This document shows positions 50,050-62,022 of a DNA stretch of 64,000 nucleotides, in pieces. Numbering within the stretch: the stretch's first letter is position 1; every line of letters starts with the position of its first letter. Source of the DNA: Candidatus Altimarinota bacterium (GTDB lineage: Bacteria > Patescibacteriota > Gracilibacteria > UBA4473). A program made the position numbers and the translations under genes. The stretch is taken from NCBI GenBank assembly GCA_965231215.1, contig OZ246423.1, positions 800,001 through 864,000 on the forward strand, written 5' to 3'. The notes under the pieces were generated by a model. The model ran no database searches and was not told the origin of the DNA. It was given only the letters and a program-made list of their open reading frames with translations.

Positions 50050-51363
50050 TTAGGCTACCATTCTTTCAAGGCCTCTCGGGACCAAGTTTCGGAAGGCTTG
50101 TTCGATAGACTTACAAGTTACATCTCGTCCAGCTCCTGGCTTCTTGAGGATGACCGTTTCTGTATCATCTTCAATGATGATTACATTTTGCTCAGAAGTT
50201 GCAAATTCTGAGTCACGAGGCACTTGTTCAAGACCAACAGAAATGGATTCAGTACCATCTTCATTAAAGGTAATCCGGGCAATGTGTCGAACGGTACGGG
50301 TCTTAGTAATAAGTTTTTGTACTTCTTCTCTGAATGGTTGGTCAACTTTTTCACGAATAGCCTGTAAATAGTCTTCCATAGTTTCTTTGCTGAACTGTTC
50401 TCCAATAAATTTTGGAACAAATGGAAGTCCGGCTTTGATATTTTCTGGTAGGGCTTGGAGACCCGCACTCATAGCCATAATTCGGGCTTTAACCCAGGTA
50501 TCACTTTCTGATTCACCAACATCAGTGTCGGCATATGGCTCTGTGTCTCCAGCCTTCCAGGCTTGTTCAATCAAGTCAGAAAGTTCAATTTCACCTCTTT
50601 GATATTCTTCAGATTCAAGCCCCTTACAAATACTTAAGTTCGTTCCAGAGACCATGGCTTCAACTCTTTTTAGTCGTTCACGGCTTTCTGGGTAATTAGC
50701 TAAATGAGCAATAGCATCAGATCCAGCCCCGACCGTTGGTAAATACTCAATTCGGCCAGTATTTTTGTATCGATCAAAATTTTCTTTTGAGGCATAGCCT
50801 AGTACTTTTTTACTAACGGCTACCACTGCGCTTTGTGTATCATTAATTACATGGTCATATAGTTCTCTAGTGTTTTGAGAATCAGTCAAGTCAACATATC
50901 CGATGTTTGCTTCTTCGATAGGGGGGGGAGTTGCTTCTAGAATTTGCTTTTTGACCTCAGATGGAATAGCCGTTAGATTTCCTCCATGAGCTGTTCCTTT
51001 TTCTGCTAAAATCCTTTTTACGTTGGCCTTGGTAATAGTACTCTGATATTCAGCTTCGTTTTCATATTCTTCTCGACTTTTAATCTTATCTGATACAAGA
51101 TCTTTATTTCTTAGTTCATCTGCTGCAATCCCATTGATATTTACGAAGTATTTTGTACTGTCTGAGATCGCAATAATTTTGGTTGGATGCTTATGGGGGA
51201 TCGGATTTTTATTCTCTAGAAGATCCGGGTTAGGATGGTGCTCACCTTGTGGATAATCACTTTCAGTTACTCTTTCTACTAAACGAGTTCCGATATTTCC
51301 TGAGGCTCCTAAAATCACCATTCCTTGGTAATCAAAGTCTCGGTTTTCCATATTTTCAGCCAT
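50050..51363 (-). CDS. hom: homoserine dehydrogenase-like protein, divergent
   Basis: GASGNIG Rossmann motif, VAVSKK, PTVGAG, MVSGT, GDTEP, KARIMA, PGAGRDVT. Confidence 0.7.
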   Translation of the reverse strand: MAENMENRDFDYQGMVILGASGNIGTRLVERVTESDYPQGEHHPNPDLLENKNPIPHKHPTKIIAISDSTKYFVNINGIAADELRNKDLVSDKIKSREEYENEAEYQSTITKANVKRILAEKGTAHGGNLTAIPSEVKKQILEATPPPIEEANIGYVDLTDSQNTRELYDHVINDTQSAVVAVSKKVLGYASKENFDRYKNTGRIEYLPTVGAGSDAIAHLANYPESRERLKRVEAMVSGTNLSICKGLESEEYQRGEIELSDLIEQAWKAGDTEPYADTDVGESESDTWVKARIMAMSAGLQALPENIKAGLPFVPKFIGEQFSKETMEDYLQAIREKVDQPFREEVQKLITKTRTVRHIARITFNEDGTESISVGLEQVPRDSEFATSEQNVIIIEDDTETVILKKPGAGRDVTCKSIEQAFRNLVPRGLERMVA

Positions 51364-51453
51364 GTTTTTGTGGGATAATTTCTTGCTTAAATTAAACTTT
51401 AATAAAAAAATGTCAATTTGTGTGCGCTTATTATAAAACTAGTATTACTGTTG

Positions 51454-52044
51454 ATGATTATAGCGGGAGTAGACGAGGCCGGAAGGGGAGCCTTAGCCGG
51501 GCCAGTAGTGGCTGGGGCTGTGTGTTTTTCAGAACCCCTAACGGCTGAAAACTGTCCGGTCTTTGGCCTGATTAAAGATTCAAAGTCACTGACGGAAAAA
51601 CAAAGAGCAGCAGCCTATGAATGGCTTACAAGCCATGTTGATTTTGGGGTGGGGATTTCTTCGGCTTCGGTTATTGATGAAGTCGGGATTCGCCTAGCGA
51701 ATGAACAAGCGATGAATCAGGCGGTTCAAGCTTTGAAACAGACCCCTGAAAAATTAATGATCGATGGACGAGACAAATTCAAGTTTAGTATACAATCAGA
51801 AGACGTGGTCAAAGGGGACGAAAAAATATTAGAAATTTCAGCCGCTTCCATCATCGCCAAAGTATCTCGGGATCGATACATGGTCGAACTCAATCAAAAG
51901 TATCCAGAATTTAAATTTGCTGAAAACAAGGGCTACGGAGCCAAAACTCATTATGACTTACTCGATCAAGGAATTTTCTGTGAAGAACACCGTAAAACCT
52001 ACGACCCGCTTAAAACCTGGTTGAATCAGGGGCGGTTGTTTTAA
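51454..52044 (+). CDS. rnhB: ribonuclease HII
   Basis: IAGVDEAGRGALAGPVVA, DSK, IDG, VKGD, ISAASIIAKVSRD, KGYG. Confidence 0.96.
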   Translation: MIIAGVDEAGRGALAGPVVAGAVCFSEPLTAENCPVFGLIKDSKSLTEKQRAAAYEWLTSHVDFGVGISSASVIDEVGIRLANEQAMNQAVQALKQTPEKLMIDGRDKFKFSIQSEDVVKGDEKILEISAASIIAKVSRDRYMVELNQKYPEFKFAENKGYGAKTHYDLLDQGIFCEEHRKTYDPLKTWLNQGRLF

Positions 52045-52374
52045 TTACCCCTTCCAGGCCCAGGAGAGCCAGTATTATAGAGATTTGTACCAGTGTTATG
52101 ATGGTAGGGATAATAAAAGCCAGGCTTATTGAGACCTCCAACTTCCCCTTGGCTCGTTGGATCTTGAAGTTTTTCCCCTAAATAGTTTTGATCTATGCGT
52201 ATTTGTAGAGCCGTTTCCCATTGACCAACGGCATCTGCAGTATTGCCGTTACGGAAACAAGAGCTTTCTCGCCTAGAGGAGTCGCCCCATTCGGGGTAAT
52301 TTCCCTGTTTGGGGGAGTGAATATTTTTGATTGTTAGCATTTCTGTGATAATCAAAGGGGGCGTTTTTGCAAAT

Positions 52375-53049
52375 TCAACGGTAATAAATGTAGTCCTGAT
52401 AAGCCTCCCTGCAGCTATCGGCCTCTGATCGGAGTTGCAGTTGTCCGGGGAGAGAAGAATGTCCTCCGACCCAAATAGTTTTTCCTCGAACACATTCCGA
52501 GAGTTCCCCAGGGTTGCTTTCGGTAAAGGTGAAATCTGGCCCCAATCGGTACCGGGCGTAGGAGGTGAGGGTTGTAGATTCGGCGGAGATATTTTTAGGC
52601 CATAAATCACGGCACTCGATGCAAGTACCTGCAACAATGTCGGGATCGGCGGCGCCCCAGGCTTGTCGTTCGCTTTCATTAGAGAGGAGAGCGCGGATTC
52701 GTGTCCAGCCACCGTTTTCCATATCGCAATACACTCCCACAGGGAGAGAGTTTGGGCCAGCTTTGATCATGTAATAGTTGTTGATAGCGCTGGGATTGTT
52801 GGTGAGAATATCTTGGCAAGAGGTTCCCGCATCACAGTCTATGAGACCTTTGAGGGTGCATTCGGCCATGAGTTCTTGTTGCCATTGTACTTCCTCAGCA
52901 ATGATTTTTGTGAGTTTAGCGTCTTTTGAATAATCACTGAAAAGCATTGCGGATATCGTAGTCAAAATACTAGTAATCCCAATCACCACGAGTAGTTCAA
53001 TAAGGGTGAATCCCCGAACCATTTTTATTTTTTTCAAAATTAGAGACAT
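52375..53049 (-). CDS. type IV pilin-like protein with fibrinogen-like segment
   Basis: RGFTLIELLVVIGI prepilin motif; SCQDIL...VYCDMENGGWT fibrinogen-related motif. Confidence 0.85.
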   Translation of the reverse strand: MSLILKKIKMVRGFTLIELLVVIGITSILTTISAMLFSDYSKDAKLTKIIAEEVQWQQELMAECTLKGLIDCDAGTSCQDILTNNPSAINNYYMIKAGPNSLPVGVYCDMENGGWTRIRALLSNESERQAWGAADPDIVAGTCIECRDLWPKNISAESTTLTSYARYRLGPDFTFTESNPGELSECVRGKTIWVGGHSSLPGQLQLRSEADSCREAYQDYIYYR

Positions 53050-53129
53050 AGTAACAAAGAAGAGGGGGGATGTTAAGATAATTTTTTTTTACTTCAAAGA
53101 AAGTGAAAGAAGCCTTATTGGGACACCAG

Positions 53130-53164
53130 AAAAAAGAGCTAGTGCAATGCACCAGCTCTTTTTT
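53130..53164 (-). terminator. terminator downstream of the 16S rRNA gene
   Basis: AAAAAAGAGCT-AGTGCAATGCACC-AGCTCTTTTTT hairpin. Confidence 0.7.
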
Positions 53165-53376
53165 GTTAGTTCTCTTTCACTTCGAACGCAGATCCCTCAG
53201 TCTTTCCCACTACTTAATTCAGTGATCTTAAAAGATGTGAATAGGTCAGTGAGAAAAACAGAGGGACGACCAATAAGGAATTTACACTTTGATTGAAATC
53301 AACCAAACAATAAAGCTTCTTGAGCGACCTCGACGAGCGAGGGTTAATAAAAATGCTCATACCTTAAAGCCTTGGA

Positions 53377-54852
<1,476 letters not shown>

Positions 54853-55211
54853 GAAGAGGGCCAGTGTACTAAACTGACCACTGATATTGGCATCAGATAG
54901 AACGCGTGACATTAAAATGTTCGCGTTTGTTATCCGAAATGTAGATTTTTGAAGAATCTACGAAACTTATAAATTCAAAAAGAATAAACGTTGATTTGTT
55001 TGTTGCGTATAGATTCCCGACTAGAAAATCTATACAGTTGCGTTCGAAATGAAAAAGAACTCCGTCGAATCTTGATCAGCGCTAAAGCTGACTGCGATTT
55101 CGATTGTTAGAAACCTCTAGAGGGCTTCTCATCCTTTGTCCTACACTTTGGAGAACCAGTTGATGAGCCTTGATTGTGAACTAAGTGGTTTAGTTGCCTC
55201 AAAGCCGAGCG

Positions 55212-55240
55212 ATCTTATGAATGAAGCAGCGGTCTGTCAA
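55212..55240 (-). promoter_or_regulatory. rRNA promoter
   Basis: Minus strand TTGACA - 17 bp - TAAGAT followed by a GC-rich discriminator. Confidence 0.75.
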
Positions 55241-55344
55241 AACTTTTTTGAGGAAAATTTTCAGAGCCGCTACCACCCTCATCAATAATGTGCCTTAAAT
55301 TTATTTGCGTCCATTTTGCAGTCGCCTATCATTTGGGTGTTATC

Positions 55345-55668
55345 ATGCCGAAAGTACGAAGATATCATCTCAAAACAGTGGCCACCCAGACCAAGCATTT
55401 ATTACTGCTTTTGCTGGTGAGTCTGGCTTGTGTGCTTTTTGTCCTGCAACTTTTTTTGATGAATCGACTTTCTATGGCGGGGTATGTACTGACTCGGGAA
55501 GTAGAACAAAATGCTGAATTAGCATTGGCACACGAGAAATTTGATTCTCAAATTGCTAAAGCGCAGACTCAAGAGTACGTTACAAAAACCTCAAGCAAAC
55601 AGCACATGACGGTTAAAGAAAACCAGCAGTTTGTGTATGTGCCGCTTAATTTTACGGCCAAAAGATAG
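55345..55668 (+). CDS. FtsL/DivIC-like single-TM coiled-coil protein
   Basis: Basic N-tail, one TM, GY + coiled coil, ~107 aa. Confidence 0.55.
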   Translation: MPKVRRYHLKTVATQTKHLLLLLLVSLACVLFVLQLFLMNRLSMAGYVLTREVEQNAELALAHEKFDSQIAKAQTQEYVTKTSSKQHMTVKENQQFVYVPLNFTAKR

Positions 55669-55807
55669 CGCTCCACAAAACAGCAGAATCAATTATGGGA
55701 AAAACATTAATGTATCAAATTTCCATGTTCTTTGTGTCACGACAACTAAACTTCCTTGTCTAATAAATACAAAGCTGTACAATCGCTTGAAAACTTAATA
55801 AATTTTT

Positions 55808-58582
55808 ATGGCTAACTCGCACTTCGATTCCTTTACTCACTTTGCTAAGAATACAATCATATTGGCTCAGGAAGAAATAAAAAAATTAGAAGAATCTCAG
55901 ATTCAGACTCAACATTTGTTACTTGGTATTCTCAGACAACCCAAATCACTTGGCGGCTCTATCCTCAGGAACTTTGGAGTGAATTATGAGAATGCTTTTA
56001 GGCTAGCTGAAGAATTAAAAAATCCCATTACCGATGAAGTAGACGAAGAGACAGAAGCCGAAAACATTCTTTCTACCTTTGGGCAAAGAGCTATTGAGTT
56101 AGCGGCGCAAACGGCTTTAGATTTCGGTCACTCAATGGTGGATTCAGAACACATTCTCTATGCACTACTCAAACAGCCAAACTCAGGAGCCAATCATATT
56201 TTAGAAGCACTTATGGTGCGTCCAAGCCACCTCATTGAGTATCTGGAAAACTTATTCCGACAATCAAATCAGCAAAAACGATCCGAAGAGGGTAAAGCAG
56301 AAGAAAATGCAGCACAAAATAGCCAAATGCCAGCCCCAAGTAATGAACAAATTGACAATTTTCTTAACGGACTTCAAGGGGTGCTGGCTGGACTCTTTAT
56401 TGAAAGAAATGGGGCCAATGGTCAAATGCCAGGGGCTGGAGGGGGTAACCTAATGGGACAAGATCGAGACGAAATGATGGGCGAAGAGGTAGGAGAAGAC
56501 GGATCTTCACGCAAGAAAAAACTCGCGCTGGATTACTTTTGTACAGATTTCACGGAAATGGCGTTCAATGGAAAATTAGAACGCATTATCGGACGACAAA
56601 AACAAATTAACCGAATGGTTCAGATTTTGTGCCGAAAAACCAAAAATAACCCAGTACTTTTGGGAGATCCAGGAGTAGGGAAAACCGCGATTGTAGAAGG
56701 TCTGGCTCAACGAGTAGCGGAAGGGAAAGTGCCAGATAGTCTTTTGGATAAAAGAATCCTCTCCCTTTCTATGGCCAATCTGGTGGCGGGAACCAAATAT
56801 CGAGGAGAATTTGAAGAACGACTTAAACGTATCATTGAAGAAGCCTCGGACAGCGAAAATGAAATCGTACTTTTTATTGATGAACTTCATACCATTATTG
56901 GTGCTGGAAGTGCTGAGGGCACTCTAGATGCTGCCAATATTCTTAAACCAGCCCTTTCACGAGGTCTTATCCAAGTAGTAGGAGCCACAACGTATGAAGA
57001 ATACCAAAAATATATTGAAAAAGATGCCGCGCTTACCAGACGGTTCCAAGGGGTTGAGGTTCCAGAACCGACTCAGGATGAAGCGCTAGAAATTCTCCAA
57101 GGGGTTCGACCACACTACGAAAAATACCACAGTGTAGAAATTTCTGACGAAGCCTTAGAGATGGCCGTAAAACTATCAACCAGATATATTACAGACCGGT
57201 TTTTGCCAGACAAGGCTTTTGATGTGCTGGATGAAGCCTGCGCGTCAAAATCAATCATGAATAGAAAGCATGGGAAAGACATTCGTGACCTGCGTAAAAA
57301 AATATCTGATATTCAGAAAAAGAAAGAAAATGCCGTAGTGAATCAGAATTATCAAAAAGCCAATGACCTGCATCAAGAGCAACAAAATCTAGAAGCTGGA
57401 ATTTTGAAACTCAAACAACAAAAAGTAGATCCACAGAAAGTACAAACTGTAGACAAAGAAACCATTGCCAAAATTATCCACCAAAGCACTGGTATTCCCA
57501 CTTCAGCTTTGATTAGCTCAGAGTTGAAATCATTACAAGATTTAGAATCGACACTGCAAAAAAATATTATCGGACAAGACGAAGCTATTGACGAGATTTC
57601 AAAAGCTATCAGACGATCCAGAGTCGGACTTAACAACCCCAAGAGACCCTTAGGGGCCTTTATGTTTCTGGGGCCTACAGGCGTAGGGAAAACAGAGCTG
57701 GTAAAACAACTTGCGAAGGAAGTGTATCATGACGAAAAAGCGCTGATTAAAATTGATATGTCAGAGTTTTCTTCTGGCCACACATCTTCTCGATTAGTTG
57801 GAGCCACCGCCGGATATGTAGGGCATGAAGAAGGCGGTGATCTTACCGAAAAAGTACGCAAAAAGCCCTACTCTATTGTACTTTTTGATGAAATTGAAAA
57901 AGCACACAAAGAAGTCCATAATATGCTTTTGCAGATTTTGGATGAAGGTATTTTGACGGATGGAAAAGGGCGAAAAGTTAATTTCAAAAACACCATCCTC
58001 ATTATGACCTCTAATATAGGAGCTCAAAAATTCCAGCGTGAAGCCAATAGTATTGGATTTGCTGAATCAGAAAAAGATCTAGCCGAACATGATCATGAGT
58101 TTGATGTTATAAAAGAAGAAGTCACCAAAGAACTTAAAAAACAATTTGCTCCAGAATTCTTAAACCGGCTGGATGGAACACTCGTATTTCGCCCCCTCAA
58201 CCGAAACCATATTAAAGGGATTATTAAACTCCATGTTGAAGAATTCCAATCTCGACTCGCGGAAAAAGAGATCGTCATTAAAGTAGGAGGCTCTACCCTG
58301 AATGCCCTGGCTAAAGCCTCATACAAACCAGAATTTGGAGCTCGTGAAATTCGTCGAGTACTTCAGGAAAAACTTGAAAATCCACTCGTTGAAGCCCTTG
58401 TTTCTGGTGATATACATGAAAATATGACCTATCATGTAGGCTATGATGGCAAAATAGAAAAGTGTACTTTTACGCCTGAAATAAAAAAAGTTTCTAAACC
58501 CAAGGCCCAAAAAAAAGGGGTAAAAAAAGCAGCCCCCAAAACTAAAAAGACCGCTATAAAAGCCAAGAAAAAGACTCCTTAA
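55808..58582 (+). CDS. clpC: ATP-dependent Clp protease ATPase ClpC
   Basis: Clp N-repeats, KNNPVLLGDPGVGKT, LFIDELH, UVR/M-domain, GPTGVGKT, FDEIEKAH, IGF loop. Confidence 0.93.
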   Translation: MANSHFDSFTHFAKNTIILAQEEIKKLEESQIQTQHLLLGILRQPKSLGGSILRNFGVNYENAFRLAEELKNPITDEVDEETEAENILSTFGQRAIELAAQTALDFGHSMVDSEHILYALLKQPNSGANHILEALMVRPSHLIEYLENLFRQSNQQKRSEEGKAEENAAQNSQMPAPSNEQIDNFLNGLQGVLAGLFIERNGANGQMPGAGGGNLMGQDRDEMMGEEVGEDGSSRKKKLALDYFCTDFTEMAFNGKLERIIGRQKQINRMVQILCRKTKNNPVLLGDPGVGKTAIVEGLAQRVAEGKVPDSLLDKRILSLSMANLVAGTKYRGEFEERLKRIIEEASDSENEIVLFIDELHTIIGAGSAEGTLDAANILKPALSRGLIQVVGATTYEEYQKYIEKDAALTRRFQGVEVPEPTQDEALEILQGVRPHYEKYHSVEISDEALEMAVKLSTRYITDRFLPDKAFDVLDEACASKSIMNRKHGKDIRDLRKKISDIQKKKENAVVNQNYQKANDLHQEQQNLEAGILKLKQQKVDPQKVQTVDKETIAKIIHQSTGIPTSALISSELKSLQDLESTLQKNIIGQDEAIDEISKAIRRSRVGLNNPKRPLGAFMFLGPTGVGKTELVKQLAKEVYHDEKALIKIDMSEFSSGHTSSRLVGATAGYVGHEEGGDLTEKVRKKPYSIVLFDEIEKAHKEVHNMLLQILDEGILTDGKGRKVNFKNTILIMTSNIGAQKFQREANSIGFAESEKDLAEHDHEFDVIKEEVTKELKKQFAPEFLNRLDGTLVFRPLNRNHIKGIIKLHVEEFQSRLAEKEIVIKVGGSTLNALAKASYKPEFGAREIRRVLQEKLENPLVEALVSGDIHENMTYHVGYDGKIEKCTFTPEIKKVSKPKAQKKGVKKAAPKTKKTAIKAKKKTP

Positions 58583-58583
58583 T

Positions 58584-59486
58584 TCACTTTTTTTGCACTT
58601 GTCTTCTTTTTTGAGAAAGAGAGGCCAGAACATTGTCTCTTTCAGAGATAGCTTTCCTGAATAGTCCGGTTACCTTAGGCTTAGACTCGTCTACTAGGAA
58701 TTCATAAATTTCTATAAGTGTTATTAGCTCTGCGTCGTTTAGCTTGTTTAGTACGAATTTAAGATTGTCTAAAGCTGATCGGGAATTTCTAATTTGGCTT
58801 AGGCTTAAGCAGAAAAGCTGTAGAAGTTCATACTTGTTTTCTGAAAAGGACGCTCCTTTGTTAAGCGGTTCAAAATCTTCACTAGAGGTAGTTTGAATAG
58901 TTTTTCTAACCACATCATCCATTTCATCTACAACCTTATTTTGTGTTGATAATATGAGAGACTGTATAGTTAAAGCTATATTTCGTAATTCGTTATTATC
59001 TTCTGACTCCTGAATTATTTCAACCCACTTATCACCTTGTTCTGCATGCAGGATTTCTGCCTCAAAGACTTTGCCAGGCTCTGGAGCAAATATTTCCTCA
59101 AATATTTCCTCAAAGTCCCCCAAGGGGGCCTGAATGGCTTTGAGGAATTCATCTTTGAGTTTAGCAAGAAGTTTTGTGAGTTTTTTCTGATTAGGATCTT
59201 GTGTGATTACACAATTATAAATATTAAGAAGCCGCTGCTGGTCAAAAAGATCTAAAGCCTTAAAGATTTCTATGAAATTAGATAGGTAATATTCGTAGCT
59301 TTCCCTGCCTGCAGCTGCTAAAAATATTTGATCTTCTTGTGGGTTGTTTAGATCATCAATAGCAGAAATAGCAGATTTAATCTCTTTGGCTAGATTCTCA
59401 ATAGTTTCGCCTGATTTCATACGATCGAACCACTGATCAAATCGATCAAGGCCTTCTTCGTATGCTGCTTCTGATATTTCGCACAT
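58584..59486 (-). CDS. hypothetical helical protein
   Basis: 300-aa ORF convergent with clpC; start uncertain. Confidence 0.6.
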   Translation of the reverse strand: MCEISEAAYEEGLDRFDQWFDRMKSGETIENLAKEIKSAISAIDDLNNPQEDQIFLAAAGRESYEYYLSNFIEIFKALDLFDQQRLLNIYNCVITQDPNQKKLTKLLAKLKDEFLKAIQAPLGDFEEIFEEIFAPEPGKVFEAEILHAEQGDKWVEIIQESEDNNELRNIALTIQSLILSTQNKVVDEMDDVVRKTIQTTSSEDFEPLNKGASFSENKYELLQLFCLSLSQIRNSRSALDNLKFVLNKLNDAELITLIEIYEFLVDESKPKVTGLFRKAISERDNVLASLSQKRRQVQKK

Positions 59487-59568
59487 CAGAAGTTATACTA
59501 TAAAATTTTTTCTTAAATTGCAAAGATATCGTTTTATTTTCCGCTTTGAGTATGATAGAATAAACAGA

Positions 59569-62022
59569 ATGGATATAGGTTTTTGGCTGAAGGTAATGGT
59601 AACTGGCGTAATCGTTGGAGGAGCCGTTATTTTTTGGCTTTGGTATGTTCGCCGGCAGCATGATGTGGCGCGAACTTTGGATTTTGTATTTTTACGTGTT
59701 TTGATTCCCAAGAAAGATTCAAAAGACGATTTTGAAAAAGAGCGAGACCAAACCAATGAAATCCGAAAAGTAATTGGAATTGGAGAACATTTTTTTTCAG
59801 CTTTGCACGGAGTTTATAGCTCAGACTGGGATAGAGCCTGGAAAAACCAGGATTTTATGTCTCTGGAATATATTGCTACAGACGGACAGATTGAATTTGT
59901 TATGGGATGTCCGCGTGATATTAAAGATTTGGTAGAAAAACAAATTACCTCTTTTTATCCAGAAGCCCTTGTGGAAGAAGGAGAAATGCCCTCGCTGTTT
60001 CAGGAAAAAACCAAACAAGCGACCGGATATCTGGTTGCCGCCGGAAAATATTTTTACCCGATGAAGACTTATACCCGGTTTGAATCAGCTGACCCCATGA
60101 ACAATGTATTAAATGCGTTGTCTCAAGCCTCAGATGAACATGGGAATGCCGCTGCAATTCAATTTATGATTCGCCCAGCTAAGGATAAGTGGCAGCAAAA
60201 AACTCGAGATAAATCCAAAGAACTTGGAAGTGGAAAAAAAAGTATTTCTTGGTGGAATCCAATTTCTATTTTGGGGGGATTATTCCAGGTGATTATTGGT
60301 CGAAATGAGGAAAATAACAGTAATAATGATGAAGGAAAGGAAACCAATGAATCTCAAGAACTCACTAAAGCCATGGATGAAAAAGCTGAAAAAAGTGGGT
60401 TTGAAACCATTATTCGGTGTGTGACATCGTCGCCTGATCAACGCCAGGCAGAGGTGAATTTGGCCAATGTTTTAAACGCCTTTACCCAATTTGGAACCCC
60501 CACTATGAATGGGTTTAAAAAGAAAAAATACCATTCAAAAAATGCCCTTATTCAGAACTTTGTATGGCGAGCCTTTAAACGTTCTTGGCACGTTCAGAAT
60601 AAGATGATTCTTTCGACAGAGGAACTGGCTAGTATGTATCACTTTCCGCATATTAAGTTCAACAATATTCCATCAGTAAAATGGCAAAATTATAAAATTG
60701 TTCAGGCGCCAGCCAATATTCCCAAAGAAGGCTTGTTGTTGGGACATAATTTGTACCGTGGTAAGAACACGCCCATTTATATGAAACGGGATGATCGGTT
60801 CCGTCATTTCTACGTGATTGGACAAACCGGTACCGGGAAATCCTCCATTTTTCAGACAATGATTCGTCAGGATATGGCCAATGGTGATGGACTGTGTGTG
60901 GTAGATCCGCATGGGAGCTTGGTAGAAGATCTTTTACCTTTTGTACCAAAAGATCGAGTGGATGATGTTATTATCTTTGATCCCTCAGACCTAGAGCGTC
61001 CTATGGGACTTAATCTACTAGAAGCCGATACAGAAGAAGAACGAGATATGGTAGCACTAGATGCCATGAATATGATGATTAAACTCTTTGACGAAGAGGT
61101 GTTTGGTCCTCGTATTCAGGATTATTTCCGGAATGGAGTCTTGACCCTTATGGCCGATCCAGCAGGGGGGGCCATCACCGACATCATGCGTATTTTTACC
61201 GATGATGCGTTTCAGCGTTCAAAAGTGAAACACCTTAAAAACCCAGTCGTGAAAAGTTTCTGGACCAACCAAATGGCCAAAACTGGAGCCCGAGAGAAAC
61301 AAGAAATTATTCCCTACTTTGCGGCTAAGTTTGGTCAATTCTATACCAATGGAATGATCCGAAATATTATTGGGCAGACTAAATCTTCCTTTGATTTCGC
61401 GGATGTAATGGATAATAAAAAGATCCTCTTTATGAATCTTTCTAAAGGAATGACTGGAGATTTCAACTCCAAGCTGTTGGGGCTTATCATTGTGTCTAAA
61501 ATTCAGACAGCAGCACTGCGAAGGCAAAAACAAGAAAAAGGTGCCAGAACCGATTTTTTCCTCTACATCGATGAATTTCAGAACTATGTCACCGACTCTA
61601 TTGAATCTATTTTATCTGAAGCTCGTAAATACCGTCTGGGGCTAAATGTAGCCCATCAGTACATGTCACAGATTGACACCTCTGGACAAAAGAAAGGTGT
61701 AAACCTAAAAGATGCCATCCTGGGAAATGTGGGCACCATGATGTGTTATAAAATTGGAGCTCAAGATGCTGAAATTATGGGCAAAGAAATGGCTCCGGCC
61801 TTTACCGACCAAGACTTGATTAACGTAGATAAATATAAAGCCGTGATGAAACTCTCTGTTGATACGCAGCCATCGCAGCCATTCTCTATTACGCCGTGTA
61901 ATCCGTATATAGAAAAAGGAGACCCAAAAATGGGAACAGCCCTTAAACAAATCTCTCGCCTCACTTATGGGCGGAGTAAAAAGTTCGTAGAAAAAGAGAT
62001 ATTTGCTCGATTAGATGTTTAA
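59569..62022 (+). CDS. VirD4/TraD-like coupling ATPase (T4SS DNA-binding/HerA-FtsK family)
   Basis: N-terminal TM, DRFRHFYVIGQTGTGKS, VDPHG, LYIDEFQNY, LSEARKYRLGLNVAHQY, ILGNVGT. Confidence 0.88.
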   Translation: MDIGFWLKVMVTGVIVGGAVIFWLWYVRRQHDVARTLDFVFLRVLIPKKDSKDDFEKERDQTNEIRKVIGIGEHFFSALHGVYSSDWDRAWKNQDFMSLEYIATDGQIEFVMGCPRDIKDLVEKQITSFYPEALVEEGEMPSLFQEKTKQATGYLVAAGKYFYPMKTYTRFESADPMNNVLNALSQASDEHGNAAAIQFMIRPAKDKWQQKTRDKSKELGSGKKSISWWNPISILGGLFQVIIGRNEENNSNNDEGKETNESQELTKAMDEKAEKSGFETIIRCVTSSPDQRQAEVNLANVLNAFTQFGTPTMNGFKKKKYHSKNALIQNFVWRAFKRSWHVQNKMILSTEELASMYHFPHIKFNNIPSVKWQNYKIVQAPANIPKEGLLLGHNLYRGKNTPIYMKRDDRFRHFYVIGQTGTGKSSIFQTMIRQDMANGDGLCVVDPHGSLVEDLLPFVPKDRVDDVIIFDPSDLERPMGLNLLEADTEEERDMVALDAMNMMIKLFDEEVFGPRIQDYFRNGVLTLMADPAGGAITDIMRIFTDDAFQRSKVKHLKNPVVKSFWTNQMAKTGAREKQEIIPYFAAKFGQFYTNGMIRNIIGQTKSSFDFADVMDNKKILFMNLSKGMTGDFNSKLLGLIIVSKIQTAALRRQKQEKGARTDFFLYIDEFQNYVTDSIESILSEARKYRLGLNVAHQYMSQIDTSGQKKGVNLKDAILGNVGTMMCYKIGAQDAEIMGKEMAPAFTDQDLINVDKYKAVMKLSVDTQPSQPFSITPCNPYIEKGDPKMGTALKQISRLTYGRSKKFVEKEIFARLDV

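Noticed and set aside
59569-62022. Conjugative element around the VirD4-like ATPase
   Set aside because: No relaxase, VirB4 or integrase nearby; such ATPases are usual chromosomal genes in Patescibacteria.
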